DNA from: Nitrosopumilus sp.
GTDB taxonomy: Archaea; Thermoproteota; Nitrososphaeria; Nitrososphaerales; Nitrosopumilaceae
Direction of reading: 5' to 3'
Length of the DNA: 64,000 bases
NCBI GenBank assembly: GCA_965203315.1
Contig: OZ241857.1
Coordinates: forward strand, 480,001-544,000
Positions within the stretch are counted from its first letter, which is position 1. Every line of letters begins with the position of its first letter. The position numbers and the translations under genes are program-made. Under the pieces are notes generated by a model. That model did no database searches and was not told the DNA's origin. It saw only the letters and a list, made by a program, of their open reading frames with translations. Positions 53,475 through 64,000 of the stretch are shown piece after piece.

Positions 53475-53936
53475 CTACTTTACATTCATCTTTTCATAAT
53501 ATCTTTGGTGATACTCTTCAGCAGGATAGAATGTAGGCGCAGGCACGATTTGAGTAACTATGGGTTTATCATACGCTCCTGATGATGATAGTGATCTCAT
53601 CTTGTCTTCTGCTATCTTTTGCTGTTCTTTATCGTGATAAAATATTGCAGAACGGTATTGAGTTCCAACATCAAAACCTTGTCGATTTAACGTAGTTGGA
53701 TTGTGATTATCCCAAAAGATATCTAGTATCTCTTCAAAAGAGATTTTATCTGGCTCATACTCGATCTGAACTGCTTCAGCATGTCCAGTTCGATCAGTAC
53801 ATACATCTTCATATGTTGGATCGGAAATACTTCCTCCAATATAGCCAACTTTGGTAGATTTTACGCCATCTGTCTTACGAAACAGCGCTTCGACATGCCA
53901 AAAGCACCCTGCTGCAAGTGTTGCTCTCACACCCAA
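53475..53936 (-). CDS. msrA: Peptide methionine sulfoxide reductase A
   Basis: GCFW, GHAEAV, QYRSAIF, AEEYHQ. Confidence 0.96.
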   Translation of the reverse strand: MGVRATLAAGCFWHVEALFRKTDGVKSTKVGYIGGSISDPTYEDVCTDRTGHAEAVQIEYEPDKISFEEILDIFWDNHNPTTLNRQGFDVGTQYRSAIFYHDKEQQKIAEDKMRSLSSSGAYDKPIVTQIVPAPTFYPAEEYHQRYYEKMNVK

Positions 53937-53974
53937 ATACTGACATGTGTGGATTAAAAACTATTGCATATACT

Positions 53975-54352
53975 TTATCTGTGATCCATAAAGATTCCGA
54001 CCACCTTTTTTGCCAGAGTCTCAATGTTTGTAGTGGGCTCTGCAGAGATTAACAACAGTATCTTTGTTATCGGAAAAGGAAAACTTACTAGAACTGCTTT
54101 GTCCCGCCTTGCTGCCAGATAGTTTATTGGACCAAGCGTCTCATCATACTCTTTTCGGAGTGAGATCTTTGAGACAAACTCCAAGAATGTATTCAATCTA
54201 GTCTCATCACCTTCATGTGGGACAACTCCTTCTCGGAATCCACCTGCAATCAACTTGCCATCTTGGTCAACTATACCTGCAAAACGAATCTCTTCTTCCT
54301 GCAAAATATGGTGACACTTTAAATCATAGATCTTGAGTGTTTCATCAGACAC
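53975..54352 (-). CDS. Conserved thaumarchaeal roadblock-like protein
   Basis: IRFAGIVDQDGKLIAGG..LGPINY. Confidence 0.75.
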   Translation of the reverse strand: MSDETLKIYDLKCHHILQEEEIRFAGIVDQDGKLIAGGFREGVVPHEGDETRLNTFLEFVSKISLRKEYDETLGPINYLAARRDKAVLVSFPFPITKILLLISAEPTTNIETLAKKVVGIFMDHR

Positions 54353-54393
54353 ACTTTTAATCTAAATCCCAAAAATAAAAACCTAGCCCTATG

Positions 54394-55221
54394 CTACTCT
54401 TTACTACATTTTATCAGTAGATAGTCTATCAACTTTGAGTCAGCGGCCGATTTCATCTTTGCGAGTGACCGGCACAACAGCTTTTCAATCATAGAAGAGT
54501 AGCGAGTCAGTATCTTCTCTCTAAGTCTAGTCCGGTTTGCAAAGTAATAGTCTGCAAGTGGAACATATACTGATGAACCGATCATGTGTTTATCATGTAT
54601 GATGAAACCAGATCTCTTGATCATCTCTTCAACCTTGATTAGCGAATAGTGCTCTGATGACCAAGTTAGATGTAATATACCTAGACCGAGAGACGATCTA
54701 GCATCTAAAACTATTGGGATCGCCATGACCAATAGGCCTGATGAGCTTAGTGTCTGTCTAGACTGGGTTAAAAAATTCAAGAGAGGTCTAAAGTGTTGAG
54801 CAGACTCTAATGCCAATATGCGATCAAACGTACCTTCCGCAAATGGCAATCTTGTGGATGTTGCATTGATGTGATCTATGTTGTCAGATCTTCCTCTATG
54901 TAACTGTGCATAATTAAGATTGAGGCAAGTTATGTCTGTCTGATATCTAGATCGCCATATCTGTGCAGGGGCAGATAGTCCACTACCCACATCGAGAACT
55001 TTGGTGGCTGTATCGAGTTGAGCATAATCTCCAAAATATTCACACATGTTGGTTTGAGCGGATTGTGGGTCTGCATGTTCTGAATCCCAATAGCCAAAGT
55101 TTAGCATATCGCCACCTGTGGTGATTTGCATCAATGGGGACATTACATCGTATAATCGAATTACGTCGCGCTCGCTACGTCGCAGCGTCCATAACAATAC
55201 ATCAATGGGATTTATCATCAC
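54394..55221 (-). CDS. SAM-dependent methyltransferase
   Basis: LNFGYW, VLDVGSG, LPF..FD..ALES. Confidence 0.9.
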   Translation of the reverse strand: MMINPIDVLLWTLRRSERDVIRLYDVMSPLMQITTGGDMLNFGYWDSEHADPQSAQTNMCEYFGDYAQLDTATKVLDVGSGLSAPAQIWRSRYQTDITCLNLNYAQLHRGRSDNIDHINATSTRLPFAEGTFDRILALESAQHFRPLLNFLTQSRQTLSSSGLLVMAIPIVLDARSSLGLGILHLTWSSEHYSLIKVEEMIKRSGFIIHDKHMIGSSVYVPLADYYFANRTRLREKILTRYSSMIEKLLCRSLAKMKSAADSKLIDYLLIKCSKE

Positions 55222-55595
55222 ATGGTACTTTGTCTATCTTTAGTATAATTGTATGAGCCACACCACATCATTTATCCTGGGATAGAATCGGACTCGCACA
55301 TAGTACATGTGTATGGTAGTCTAGTTGCCTCTAGAAACCACAAGAACGCTGTAAACTTTAACAAACAGTTGTTTCCGAGTCTAAATAGCCAATCTAAAAT
55401 AACATCAAATTGCAACAAAAAGGTTTTCTTAAACTAGACTTGGTAGAGTTTCTGTCTATTTTGTAGTCACAAATGTTCTTTGAATCTGGTGTCTTTTTAC
55501 CTCTAGTCTTTTATGCGGATCTTTATGTTGTTCAACATACAAATACCAAGTAATTGTATACACACGTCACACTCGATGCTGGCCAATCTCTACTA

Positions 55596-55733
55596 AGACT
55601 GTATGCGTATTATTAAGAATGCCCACACCAATCATCAAACATGAGAACAATGAATCAATTTGCCTCTAGAAATTACCTCTGTGTTTTATTGTACCTTAAA
55701 ATGTGTGCATGATGTAAGAAATACACATACAGT
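55596..55733. mobile_element. MITE (family 1, inverted), end abutted by IS5
   Basis: Reverse complement of 47563-47703. Confidence 0.8.
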
Positions 55734-57271
55734 GGAGTTCATGCGAAAGTCATTTTCAGGCACATATGATGCGTGATGGGTCAAATCTGACTAAATTCTC
55801 CGAGTTATTGCAGGTTTCGTGTATCTGAGGAGTAAAAAATTAACCAAAAATAGAATACGCAACAAGACAATTTTTTAAGACACTCTATGGTAAATACCAA
55901 TTTGAATAAACAAGAGTATGGCTAACTCGAACAAGGAACTAGTGCTTGAACAACGACTCAAAGCAGCCGAAGAACGTGCAGATATAGCAGAAGAACAGCT
56001 CAAAGCAGCAAAAAAAGAACTCGAGCTCCCTCCATGTAAGAATATCCTTAGCAATGAAAAGACTCTATGGGAGCATACAAAGCTGGATTTTGACATGTTT
56101 AACTTTTTGCTCGGCCTGTTTATAGAATGGATACCGGCAGCAGATGTTCACAGACAGTTTCGTAATGTTCTCATAGTACGTGGAAGAATATCCAAACTAA
56201 CTCCCGAGTATGCCATGCTCTTGGCAATTCTGAGACTGGTGAGTGGTCACAGTCAGTGCCATCTTGCCAGTAGATTTGGCATAGATCAGAGTAATGTATC
56301 CCGGTACTGTACATACATGAATCAGTTTTTTCAGAGTTTGGGTTTTTCGCCAGACGAGTTGGCAAATGCGATAAGTAAATGCAAGACAAAGAAAGAGCTT
56401 GCAAAATGGGTAAAGGATCACACATTCGTGTTCGATGGATCACACACTCGTGTTCCGACGCCCGTAGATAGAGAGATACGCAATGACTACAAATCAGGCA
56501 AAAAAAAGATGCATACGGTAAATACGCTATTGATGTGTACAAAAGAGAGACTGATAGTACATGTGTCTTCTACGTTTCCTGGTAAGACACACGATTTCAG
56601 CATATTCAAAGAGCTCAAACTGAATCTTGGCAAGTGGTCCATGTCGTTAACAGATCCAAACACTCCACTTCGTCAAAGACTGTACATTCTAGTAGATCTG
56701 GGATTCCTAGGGATTCGAGATATCTTTGTAGGTGCCAAGATAGGCATAAAATACAAGAAACCCAAAGGTGGGCAACTCACAAAAGAACAAGAGATATACA
56801 ACAAAAAGATAGACAGTGAACGCGCCACAGTAGAACACGTAGTTGGATGTGTAAAGCAGTTTAAACTCTTGTTCAACATGTTCCGAGGAGATGACGACCA
56901 ATACAACGATGCCTTCAAGATGGCATCCACACTGGTCAACTATCACGTTCTTTGGGATCATGAACACGGCAGACCTAGTCCTAGATTAGAAGAGCTTGTT
57001 GCAGCGTGGAGAGTAAAGATAAATCGTAAAAAACAGACTAAACTAAAAAAGATGAAATTATCTCACCGCATAGTTGCGTAAATAATACGCACCAACATTG
57101 TGATTTATAGAATGATATTGTAAGATATCAAGGTATAATTCACTGTTTTGACTCTGCGTACATGCATAATCGTACAATTCCACAGATCACAAGCCTGAGA
57201 TCACTTTATAATTTGGAATGTCTTTGTTGCTAGGTGTCCAGAGTCTTCAAAACGACTTTCGCATGAACTCC
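55734..57271 (+). mobile_element. IS5-family element, second copy
   Basis: TIR ggagttcatgcgaaagtc; no clear TSD. Confidence 0.92.
55918..57081 (+). CDS. IS5-family transposase
   Basis: Near-identical to 34895-36058. Confidence 0.92.
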   Translation: MANSNKELVLEQRLKAAEERADIAEEQLKAAKKELELPPCKNILSNEKTLWEHTKLDFDMFNFLLGLFIEWIPAADVHRQFRNVLIVRGRISKLTPEYAMLLAILRLVSGHSQCHLASRFGIDQSNVSRYCTYMNQFFQSLGFSPDELANAISKCKTKKELAKWVKDHTFVFDGSHTRVPTPVDREIRNDYKSGKKKMHTVNTLLMCTKERLIVHVSSTFPGKTHDFSIFKELKLNLGKWSMSLTDPNTPLRQRLYILVDLGFLGIRDIFVGAKIGIKYKKPKGGQLTKEQEIYNKKIDSERATVEHVVGCVKQFKLLFNMFRGDDDQYNDAFKMASTLVNYHVLWDHEHGRPSPRLEELVAAWRVKINRKKQTKLKKMKLSHRIVA

Positions 57272-57568
57272 TATGAAAATCATGAAATGCAACGCAAATG
57301 TCATGGGTTGTCTTAAGAGAAAGATAATTACGCCAAAAATATAGCTTGAAATTACAAAAATCATTGTGTCGTGCAAGAATAAATCATGCAGACGACCATA
57401 AAATTTTGATTGTTTTGTGTATTGGCGTGAATATCTTTACAACAAATCAAAATTTATCTGACTTTTTTCGTATTTTATGATAATCGTTGTGATTTGAACT
57501 ACACAATTAGCAAAAGGCAACAAGATTGCTTAGCAACAAACCGGAAAATAATTATGTTCGTGACTATA

Positions 57569-58246
57569 TAATTGGATTGCACAATACTCTGATGAATCAT
57601 GTGCATACATGGATAGTATCATACCGCGAGTTGGTAAATGGTATAGGGCTGACGAGTTGTACCTCAAAATAAGTGGAAAACAACGATACTTGTACAGTTC
57701 CATGGATGATGACACTCGGTACCGGATTACGCATGAACTAGCAGATTCCAAGTACATGCATAACACCGATCAGTTTCTACAACAGACTCTGGAACAGACT
57801 GGTAAACGACCAACCAATTTTATCACTGATGGTCTACCAGCATACGAAAAGTCCAACAAACATGTATTTGGCAAAGAGACCAGACACATCAAGCACATTC
57901 ACTTGACTGGTAAGCGATCCCGTGATAATAACAACAAGATGGAGCGTCTAAATGGTACCATACGAGATCGAGAGGTCGCATTTCGAGGACTCAAGAAAGA
58001 TGACACAAGATTCATTGGTGGATTTCGTACATTCTACAACTGTACAAAAAAGCACGAGGGTCTGGGTGGCAAGACCCCAGCTGAAGAAGCATTGATACTG
58101 ATCGATGGACCCAACAAGTGGAAGACGATCATCCAGAATGCGAGTCTCTACAAGAGATCGCTTTAACCTTTTTTATACACAAGCGTTAAGGTAGATTTCA
58201 TAACCGTTCGTCTAAAATTCTCAGATCTCGAAGATGCAACAGAACC
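57569..58246 (+). mobile_element. 5'-truncated IS6-family element
   Basis: ORF 57609-58166 matches the C-terminal half of 37322-38443; right TIR tctcgaagatgcaacagaacc. Confidence 0.88.
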
Positions 58247-58265
58247 CCTAATAGTTTTATATAAA

Positions 58266-58484
58266 ATGACTTTTACTCTATGTATGATGCAAAAAGAATC
58301 AAAGATCGAGAAAGACTTAGAATGTGTTGTATGTAATAAAATGTTCAGGGAATTAGCTCTTCCTAAAGAGACAGAGACTATTTGTATGGACTGTTTACCC
58401 ACATATGACAAAGCAGTGGGGGATTATGTCAAATATCTTGATGAGCAAGAAGCAAAAGAAAAAGCCATGGAAAACACGGCATGA
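58266..58484 (+). CDS. Small Zn-finger protein
   Basis: CVVC...CMDC; overlaps the TIR gene start. Confidence 0.6.
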   Translation: MTFTLCMMQKESKIEKDLECVVCNKMFRELALPKETETICMDCLPTYDKAVGDYVKYLDEQEAKEKAMENTA

Positions 58485-59188
58485 TGAATATGGATGATCG
58501 TATACCACGTTTTATTCAAAATAGTACAATCGAGGTGTTTCTAAGCTACAGTAGTGGTGGTGACAGCGAGTCTGAAAAGTATATTGATAACCTAAAAACA
58601 GGTCTTGCATCACACAAAATAAAAGTGATTACAGCACCACATGACCAGATTGGAGGTGACGATGCTAACGAATACATTCTATCAAAGATACGGGCGTGTG
58701 ATGTATTTTTGGTACTACATACCGAGTCATGTAAATCGTCAGACTATTTTGATCAAGAGATTGGTATGGCATTCGCGTCCAATATTCCAATAATTCCAAT
58801 ATGTGTTAAACAACTCCCGTATGGATTTATTGTCGGCAGAAAATGTATTCGCTGTGATGATTCCATCACTGACAAAATACAAACAATAGCATATGCAATA
58901 AGAAGACAATACTGGAATCAAAGAACAAACCAACCAAAAATGTTGTTTAGACTAAATATGATTGACACAAAAATAAAAGCGTCACGATTATTGTTCCTGA
59001 TGAATAATATTATTCTTGAAAGACATACTATAGATCAACTAGCAGTAATGTATCTGAGTAATAAATTTTCAGATCAAAAATCAACTACCTATACCATAGA
59101 AAGAATTTTAACAAAAAATAGAGACGACTTGTCTTCTAGACTGAGTTCAGCATTGCAGAAATATAATAACAAGAATCTCAAAGTTTGA
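58481..59188 (+). CDS. TIR-domain protein
   Basis: VFLSYS..IRACDVFLVL..SDYFDQEIGMA..IPIIPI. Confidence 0.88.
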   Translation: MMNMDDRIPRFIQNSTIEVFLSYSSGGDSESEKYIDNLKTGLASHKIKVITAPHDQIGGDDANEYILSKIRACDVFLVLHTESCKSSDYFDQEIGMAFASNIPIIPICVKQLPYGFIVGRKCIRCDDSITDKIQTIAYAIRRQYWNQRTNQPKMLFRLNMIDTKIKASRLLFLMNNIILERHTIDQLAVMYLSNKFSDQKSTTYTIERILTKNRDDLSSRLSSALQKYNNKNLKV

Positions 59189-59438
59189 GACGAGACTGGT
59201 AGACATAGTCACCAAACACATCATACAAATCATCCACCGAGAACGACAAGATTGAGATATGGTTAAGATTCATGTAAATTATCTCTGACAATCATATGGA
59301 GAACTGCAGATTCTACAGGTATATAACGGTGTGATTATGTGATATTTGTGTAATTGGACGATCTTTCAAATCCTAATTCCCAGCTCCCCAGGATTACGTA
59401 GAACCCACGCGCCTAACCTTAAAATATTAGATTACTTT

Positions 59439-60053
59439 GATTCTGTAAACTTGGCGGGTGGTGGAGGTTTTATCAAACAAAATTTTCTAAATCTCTCAAA
59501 TTGTTTTCATCTAAGTTCAAACACAAAATTAACAATATGCAGGATCTTTATTAAACAAGATGTTATTTATCAACTAGAGTTTAAAACTCACTTTTTTAAA
59601 CTTGAATTTTGAATTAATGTGTCCAATATATTGTCTCCAAGTATTACGATTTCGTCCATGGTACAAGGTATTTCACCATCTAAACTCATATGCCGTGTAA
59701 TAAAATTTCGAGTTATCACCAGTCTAGAAATAATTGTACTGTTCGATTTTTTCATACCTCTGTATACTTTAAAATTGTCTTGGAGTCATCCATTAAAACG
59801 CTCTTCTATGTTGTTAGATCGTTGATTGTGCAGAGAAGTTTCTTTTATGTGTTTGACACGTTTGTTTGTGGGATTTTTCTCGAGGAATTCTTTTCTAAAT
59901 GCTTTAGCAAATGAACGTGATGAATCAGATACAAATATTTTTGCTACTGTCTTTGCAACTCGTTTAGCTTTTCTAAATAGTCTTGTAGGGGCATCACCAT
60001 ATTTTTGTGGTTTTATTTCATGTGCAATATAAAATCTTGTATCATGATCCATT
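59439..60053 (-). pseudogene. IS6-family transposase remnant
   Basis: MDHDTRF..VSD..NNIEERFNG*; end gattctgtaaacttggcgggtggtgg also present at 28725. Confidence 0.75.
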
Positions 60054-60294
60054 AGACTGTATGCGTATTGGATCTTTTCGGTTTACGTGGGATGGCTTTT
60101 CGCAAGGCTTTTTCTATAATTTTCACTGATAGAATTTTGTCGTGCTTTTTCTATAACCATTCATCCCACGTAAACCGAAAAGATCCTGTTCGCTAATTCA
60201 GACAAATCTTTGTGTATTTGAAACAAAACAACGTAAATCTCTGTCAAAGTCTCATCATGTTAAGACGTGTTGAGATGAAATACGCATACAGTCT
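60054..60294. mobile_element. MITE with family-1 TIRs and a different interior
   Basis: agactgtatgcgtatt ends; inner inverted repeat 60070-60186. Confidence 0.8.
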
Positions 60295-60718
60295 CTAGTC
60301 TGAAAATCTTTGAGTCAATAATTCATTCATGTAACGTTTGAAAGAGCACCGAAACACAACAACAAAAGTCAATCAAATGCGTAACAGATCTCTTTGACCA
60401 TATTGTAGAGGCTAGTAGAGTTTTTCTGTAAAATTTCATCTACACAAATTGGTGATATCCTACACGCCGACTAAATTTTGTTTATCGTTGTTTTGTCAAT
60501 AGTGAATGTGTAATTATTACAAAATATATTAAAATGCATATCAAATCTATGTGATATACACTATGGTGTTGATCTACGACAACGAATCCCCCATAGACAC
60601 CAACTTTAGTCTGAGTATGTCGCCTCGATTATCTGTCTCTATACTTTGATCGTACCTGATCATTAGTGTATGACCATTAGTCAAATGGTTTTATATGATG
60701 AGTTACTAACAGGTACTG

Positions 60719-61420
60719 TTGAAAGATATAGATGTCAAACAGGTTGTAGTGAGAAGCAATATTGACGAATCAAAGGCAGAAAAGATCGTTGAACAAAAAA
60801 AGACATCAATGTTTCGTTCTGTCCTATCTAAACCTAAAAAAGAAGACGTCCACGTCCATTCGTTGAATTTGAGGTACGAGTGTATAACACGTGTATCTGG
60901 CAAATATGCGGCTGACTATTATAGGATGACAACACATACGATATCTGTTGACCACAATGTCCGAGAGATAATCTTTGGCGAAGGTGTATTTCCAATACGT
61001 GACAAGTCTAAACTCTCAAAGACCCTTGCAGGAAAACATTCAAAGAACAAAGTTGATCTACCACTAGAAGAACATGTATTTGTACAAAAATCTGACGAGA
61101 TCTACTTTGACCATCATGGCGAACAGACAGACTTTGCAATCAAACTGAAATCAGAGAACCTTGAAAACTATCCAAAAAAGATACTAGAAGATGATAACAT
61201 AAAAATATTCAAGCCAGAGCGTACACATGATGAACTTGTTGACGAATTGATCAGAGTTCTCAAGATACAACTCGAAGATGACGCACACGATATAAACGAT
61301 GAACTTGTTTTGGATGGTATTATGGAGATATACGTACCTGTCTTTGAAGCACGCCTCGTTGGTCCAAAGAAAAAGATAAAGATAATGAGAATCGACGCAG
61401 CTCGAATCAAGATCATTTAA
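60719..61420 (+). CDS. Hypothetical protein
   Basis: 233-aa ORF convergent with the TPR gene. Confidence 0.75.
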   Translation: MKDIDVKQVVVRSNIDESKAEKIVEQKKTSMFRSVLSKPKKEDVHVHSLNLRYECITRVSGKYAADYYRMTTHTISVDHNVREIIFGEGVFPIRDKSKLSKTLAGKHSKNKVDLPLEEHVFVQKSDEIYFDHHGEQTDFAIKLKSENLENYPKKILEDDNIKIFKPERTHDELVDELIRVLKIQLEDDAHDINDELVLDGIMEIYVPVFEARLVGPKKKIKIMRIDAARIKII

Positions 61421-62237
61421 TCTTGGTAATCTTTCTAAATTCTGGATTATCGTGTAGTGGATTAAATACCGTCTCTTCTTTTACCCAAGCTCGTATGGTC
61501 TTTGCGTCTTTTGATACAGCTTGCTTTAAGAGATCTAGTGACTCGATATATTGACCTAGTGCAGCCTTACTTCGTGACTTTGCATATAGGATATTTGGAT
61601 TCTCTTTATGTGTATTGAGAATGTCATCGAATATCTCTATGGCTCTTTCATGTTTATTCAATTCTGCAAGTTCTATGCCTCTATGAAACAATGCATCCAT
61701 ATTGGTCTTGTCTCTCTTGTAGACTTTATCAAAACATGCTAATGCATCTGCATGTTGTTTCATCTTGCCAAGTACTATTCCTTTGTAAAACAGTACGTTA
61801 AGTTTTTTAGGATCATGCGATATTGCTGTATCTAGGAGTTTTATTGCCTCTTCCTGATCTCCTAACTTGTCTAACAGTACACCTTTGTTAAAGTATGCAG
61901 CTGTGTTTTTTGGATCTATTTTGATTGCCATAGAGTACATGTCAGCGGCACCTTGCAAATCACCCATCTCTGCCCTTGCAATCCCCTTGTTGTTGAGTGC
62001 TTGAGCATTGTCTGGTTCAAGATCTAACAGCCTATCAAACGTAGTTACTGAATCTGTATATTTTTTGATCTGATTCTGTGCGATTCCCTTCTTCAACAGC
62101 GCTCTAGTGTTATGAGGATCTTGCTTTAGAACTTGGTTCAATAGCGAGATGGCTATCTTTTGTTGCCCTCGCTCTAATCGCTCTTCTGCATCTGCCAAGA
62201 GGTCAGTGGGATCACGATCTCTGCCAAAGAATCTCAT
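61413..62237 (-). CDS. TPR-repeat protein
   Basis: Multiple 34-aa repeats (ALNNKG, AYFNKG, ALFHRG). Confidence 0.93.
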   Translation of the reverse strand: MRFFGRDRDPTDLLADAEERLERGQQKIAISLLNQVLKQDPHNTRALLKKGIAQNQIKKYTDSVTTFDRLLDLEPDNAQALNNKGIARAEMGDLQGAADMYSMAIKIDPKNTAAYFNKGVLLDKLGDQEEAIKLLDTAISHDPKKLNVLFYKGIVLGKMKQHADALACFDKVYKRDKTNMDALFHRGIELAELNKHERAIEIFDDILNTHKENPNILYAKSRSKAALGQYIESLDLLKQAVSKDAKTIRAWVKEETVFNPLHDNPEFRKITKIK

Positions 62238-62531
62238 AATATGTTAGATGTTTGAAGGTATAATCAAAGGTTTAGTTTTGGTTTCTAGATAAGATAACGA
62301 TTAGATGGAGGCACTAGAGTACTCTAGCGAATAGTAGATAATACAGGAGGCGCCTATAGATCGTATGTATGATATCATGCCACAATATGGACTGACACTT
62401 GTGGATAACGGAAACGGCACTGCAGACATTACTATACACGGTTCAAATCTTGAAATAGGAACGTATCTGTTCTGGGTACAGGTATCTGACGAAACAGACT
62501 CTGATAGAGAGCCATTTGCGGTGTATGTGCA

Positions 62532-63938
62532 ATGAATGTAATAGTGCCTACCATATCTTTGATCCTTGTAGTATCGATATCTATGCTCTATGCTCAACTT
62601 GATACCTCAAATGATTCGATCATCTATCAGATGGCATTTGCTGACAATACATGTAAATCAGACATGGTGTACACACAACGACCAAGCGGAACGTTAGCGT
62701 GTGTCACACCAGAGACCAGAGATGTACTGATTATGCGTGGATGGCTACCGCACTCAGATACAAAGATAACATCGACCACAGATAGACCAGATTATACGCC
62801 CAAAGATATCATATCTACAAACAATGATTTTGCCATAAACTTTTACAAAACCATCTACAACGATACTGATTACAAGGACAAAAATATCTTCTTCTCACCA
62901 ACCAGTATGATTGTTGCATTCTCTATGTTGTATGAGGGAGCGCGTGAAGATACTGCAACACAGATAGAGGATGTATTTGGATTTGATCCTGATACTCAAA
63001 GTCGCCATGACACTATCACAGAACTAATGACATCACTGAACCCTCAAGATCAAAGGGTAACATTAACTCTGGCAAATGCCTTGTGGGTTGCAAAACAGTA
63101 TGAACTGTACGAATCATATACAGATACAATACGTAATGTATATCTAGCAGATGTCGAAAACGTAGACTTTATAGATCCTACAGATGGTGTCGCAAAGATC
63201 AACAGCTGGGCAGACGACAAAACAAACGGCAAGATTAAAAAAGTGATTGACCCACAGGATGTTAATGTTTTAACACTTGCTGTACTAAACAATGCAATAT
63301 ATTTTCAAGGAAATTGGTTGACGCCATTCTCTGAAGATGATACAGTAAAAAAGAACTTTTGGACAGGTACAAGTTATGTGGGAGCAGACTTTATGAATCA
63401 TCTTTACCCTGTCTCGTTCAAATATGTCGCAATAGATGATGTTCAATTATTGCAATTACCGTATGAAGGAGATAGATTTTCAATGCTGATAATACTGCCT
63501 AATGATCCTGATGGCATTGCTACTCTGGAAGAGTCGATCTCATCAGATATGATCAAAGAATGGAGAGATGCGTTATATTATGATACAGTACTTGTATCGC
63601 TTCCAAAGTTTGAGACAAGTACAAAATATGAATTGAACAAACCACTCAAAGAGATGGGAATGCCTGACGCATTTGATAAAGTCGAATCTAATCTACTTGG
63701 TATTGCAGATGTTAGTGGATTACCAGGTAACATATATGTTTCCAACGCAACTCAAGATGCGTATGTTAAAGTAAATGAGAAAGGAACAGAAGCTGCAGGG
63801 CTCACTACAATGACACTGACTATCGAGTCTGCTCCTTATCACTTTAACGCTAATCATCCATTTATCTTTCTAATACAGGATGATCAGAGCGGTGCGATAC
63901 TATTCATGGGTAAGATAGTCGATCCGACTTTGGGTTGA
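62532..63938 (+). CDS. Secreted serpin
   Basis: Signal peptide; NIFFSP, NAIYFQGNW, VNEKGTEAAG hinge, FNANHPFIF. Confidence 0.95.
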   Translation: MNVIVPTISLILVVSISMLYAQLDTSNDSIIYQMAFADNTCKSDMVYTQRPSGTLACVTPETRDVLIMRGWLPHSDTKITSTTDRPDYTPKDIISTNNDFAINFYKTIYNDTDYKDKNIFFSPTSMIVAFSMLYEGAREDTATQIEDVFGFDPDTQSRHDTITELMTSLNPQDQRVTLTLANALWVAKQYELYESYTDTIRNVYLADVENVDFIDPTDGVAKINSWADDKTNGKIKKVIDPQDVNVLTLAVLNNAIYFQGNWLTPFSEDDTVKKNFWTGTSYVGADFMNHLYPVSFKYVAIDDVQLLQLPYEGDRFSMLIILPNDPDGIATLEESISSDMIKEWRDALYYDTVLVSLPKFETSTKYELNKPLKEMGMPDAFDKVESNLLGIADVSGLPGNIYVSNATQDAYVKVNEKGTEAAGLTTMTLTIESAPYHFNANHPFIFLIQDDQSGAILFMGKIVDPTLG

Positions 63939-64000
63939 TCTAGCAATTAGTCGTTTGTATTGGTGGTTGTCCGGTCTGTATTGTTGTGGATATTGAACGT

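Overview
The window looks archaeal, most like Nitrosopumilaceae (Nitrososphaerota); a serpin and heavy IS/MITE load are compatible with a sponge symbiont (inference). It has three parts. (1) 1-21.4 kb is an integrated plasmid/virus-like element with no integrase in view. It carries an actin-like ATPase plus three paralogous small proteins, ArdC-like, thermonuclease and MoxR-vWA genes, many small Zn-finger genes and seven paralogous 2TM/coiled-coil genes. It also carries two non-coding systems: a tandem array of nine box C/D guide-RNA-like units (3632-4666) with variable 10-12 nt guides, alternate units being closed by bulge-helix-bulge motifs; and a covarying pseudoknotted leader motif in 13 copies upstream of genes. 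(2) 21.4-38.6 kb is a restriction-modification/IS island with nested insertions, including a 7-kb IS6-type transposon carrying an MmeI-like gene. (3) 38.7-64 kb holds host genes (homocysteine methyltransferase domain, MFS, ABC transporter, ilvD, Usp, msrA, TPR, serpin) among IS elements, MITEs, a broken RM system and a TIR-domain gene. All calls were made by eye; no database searches were run.
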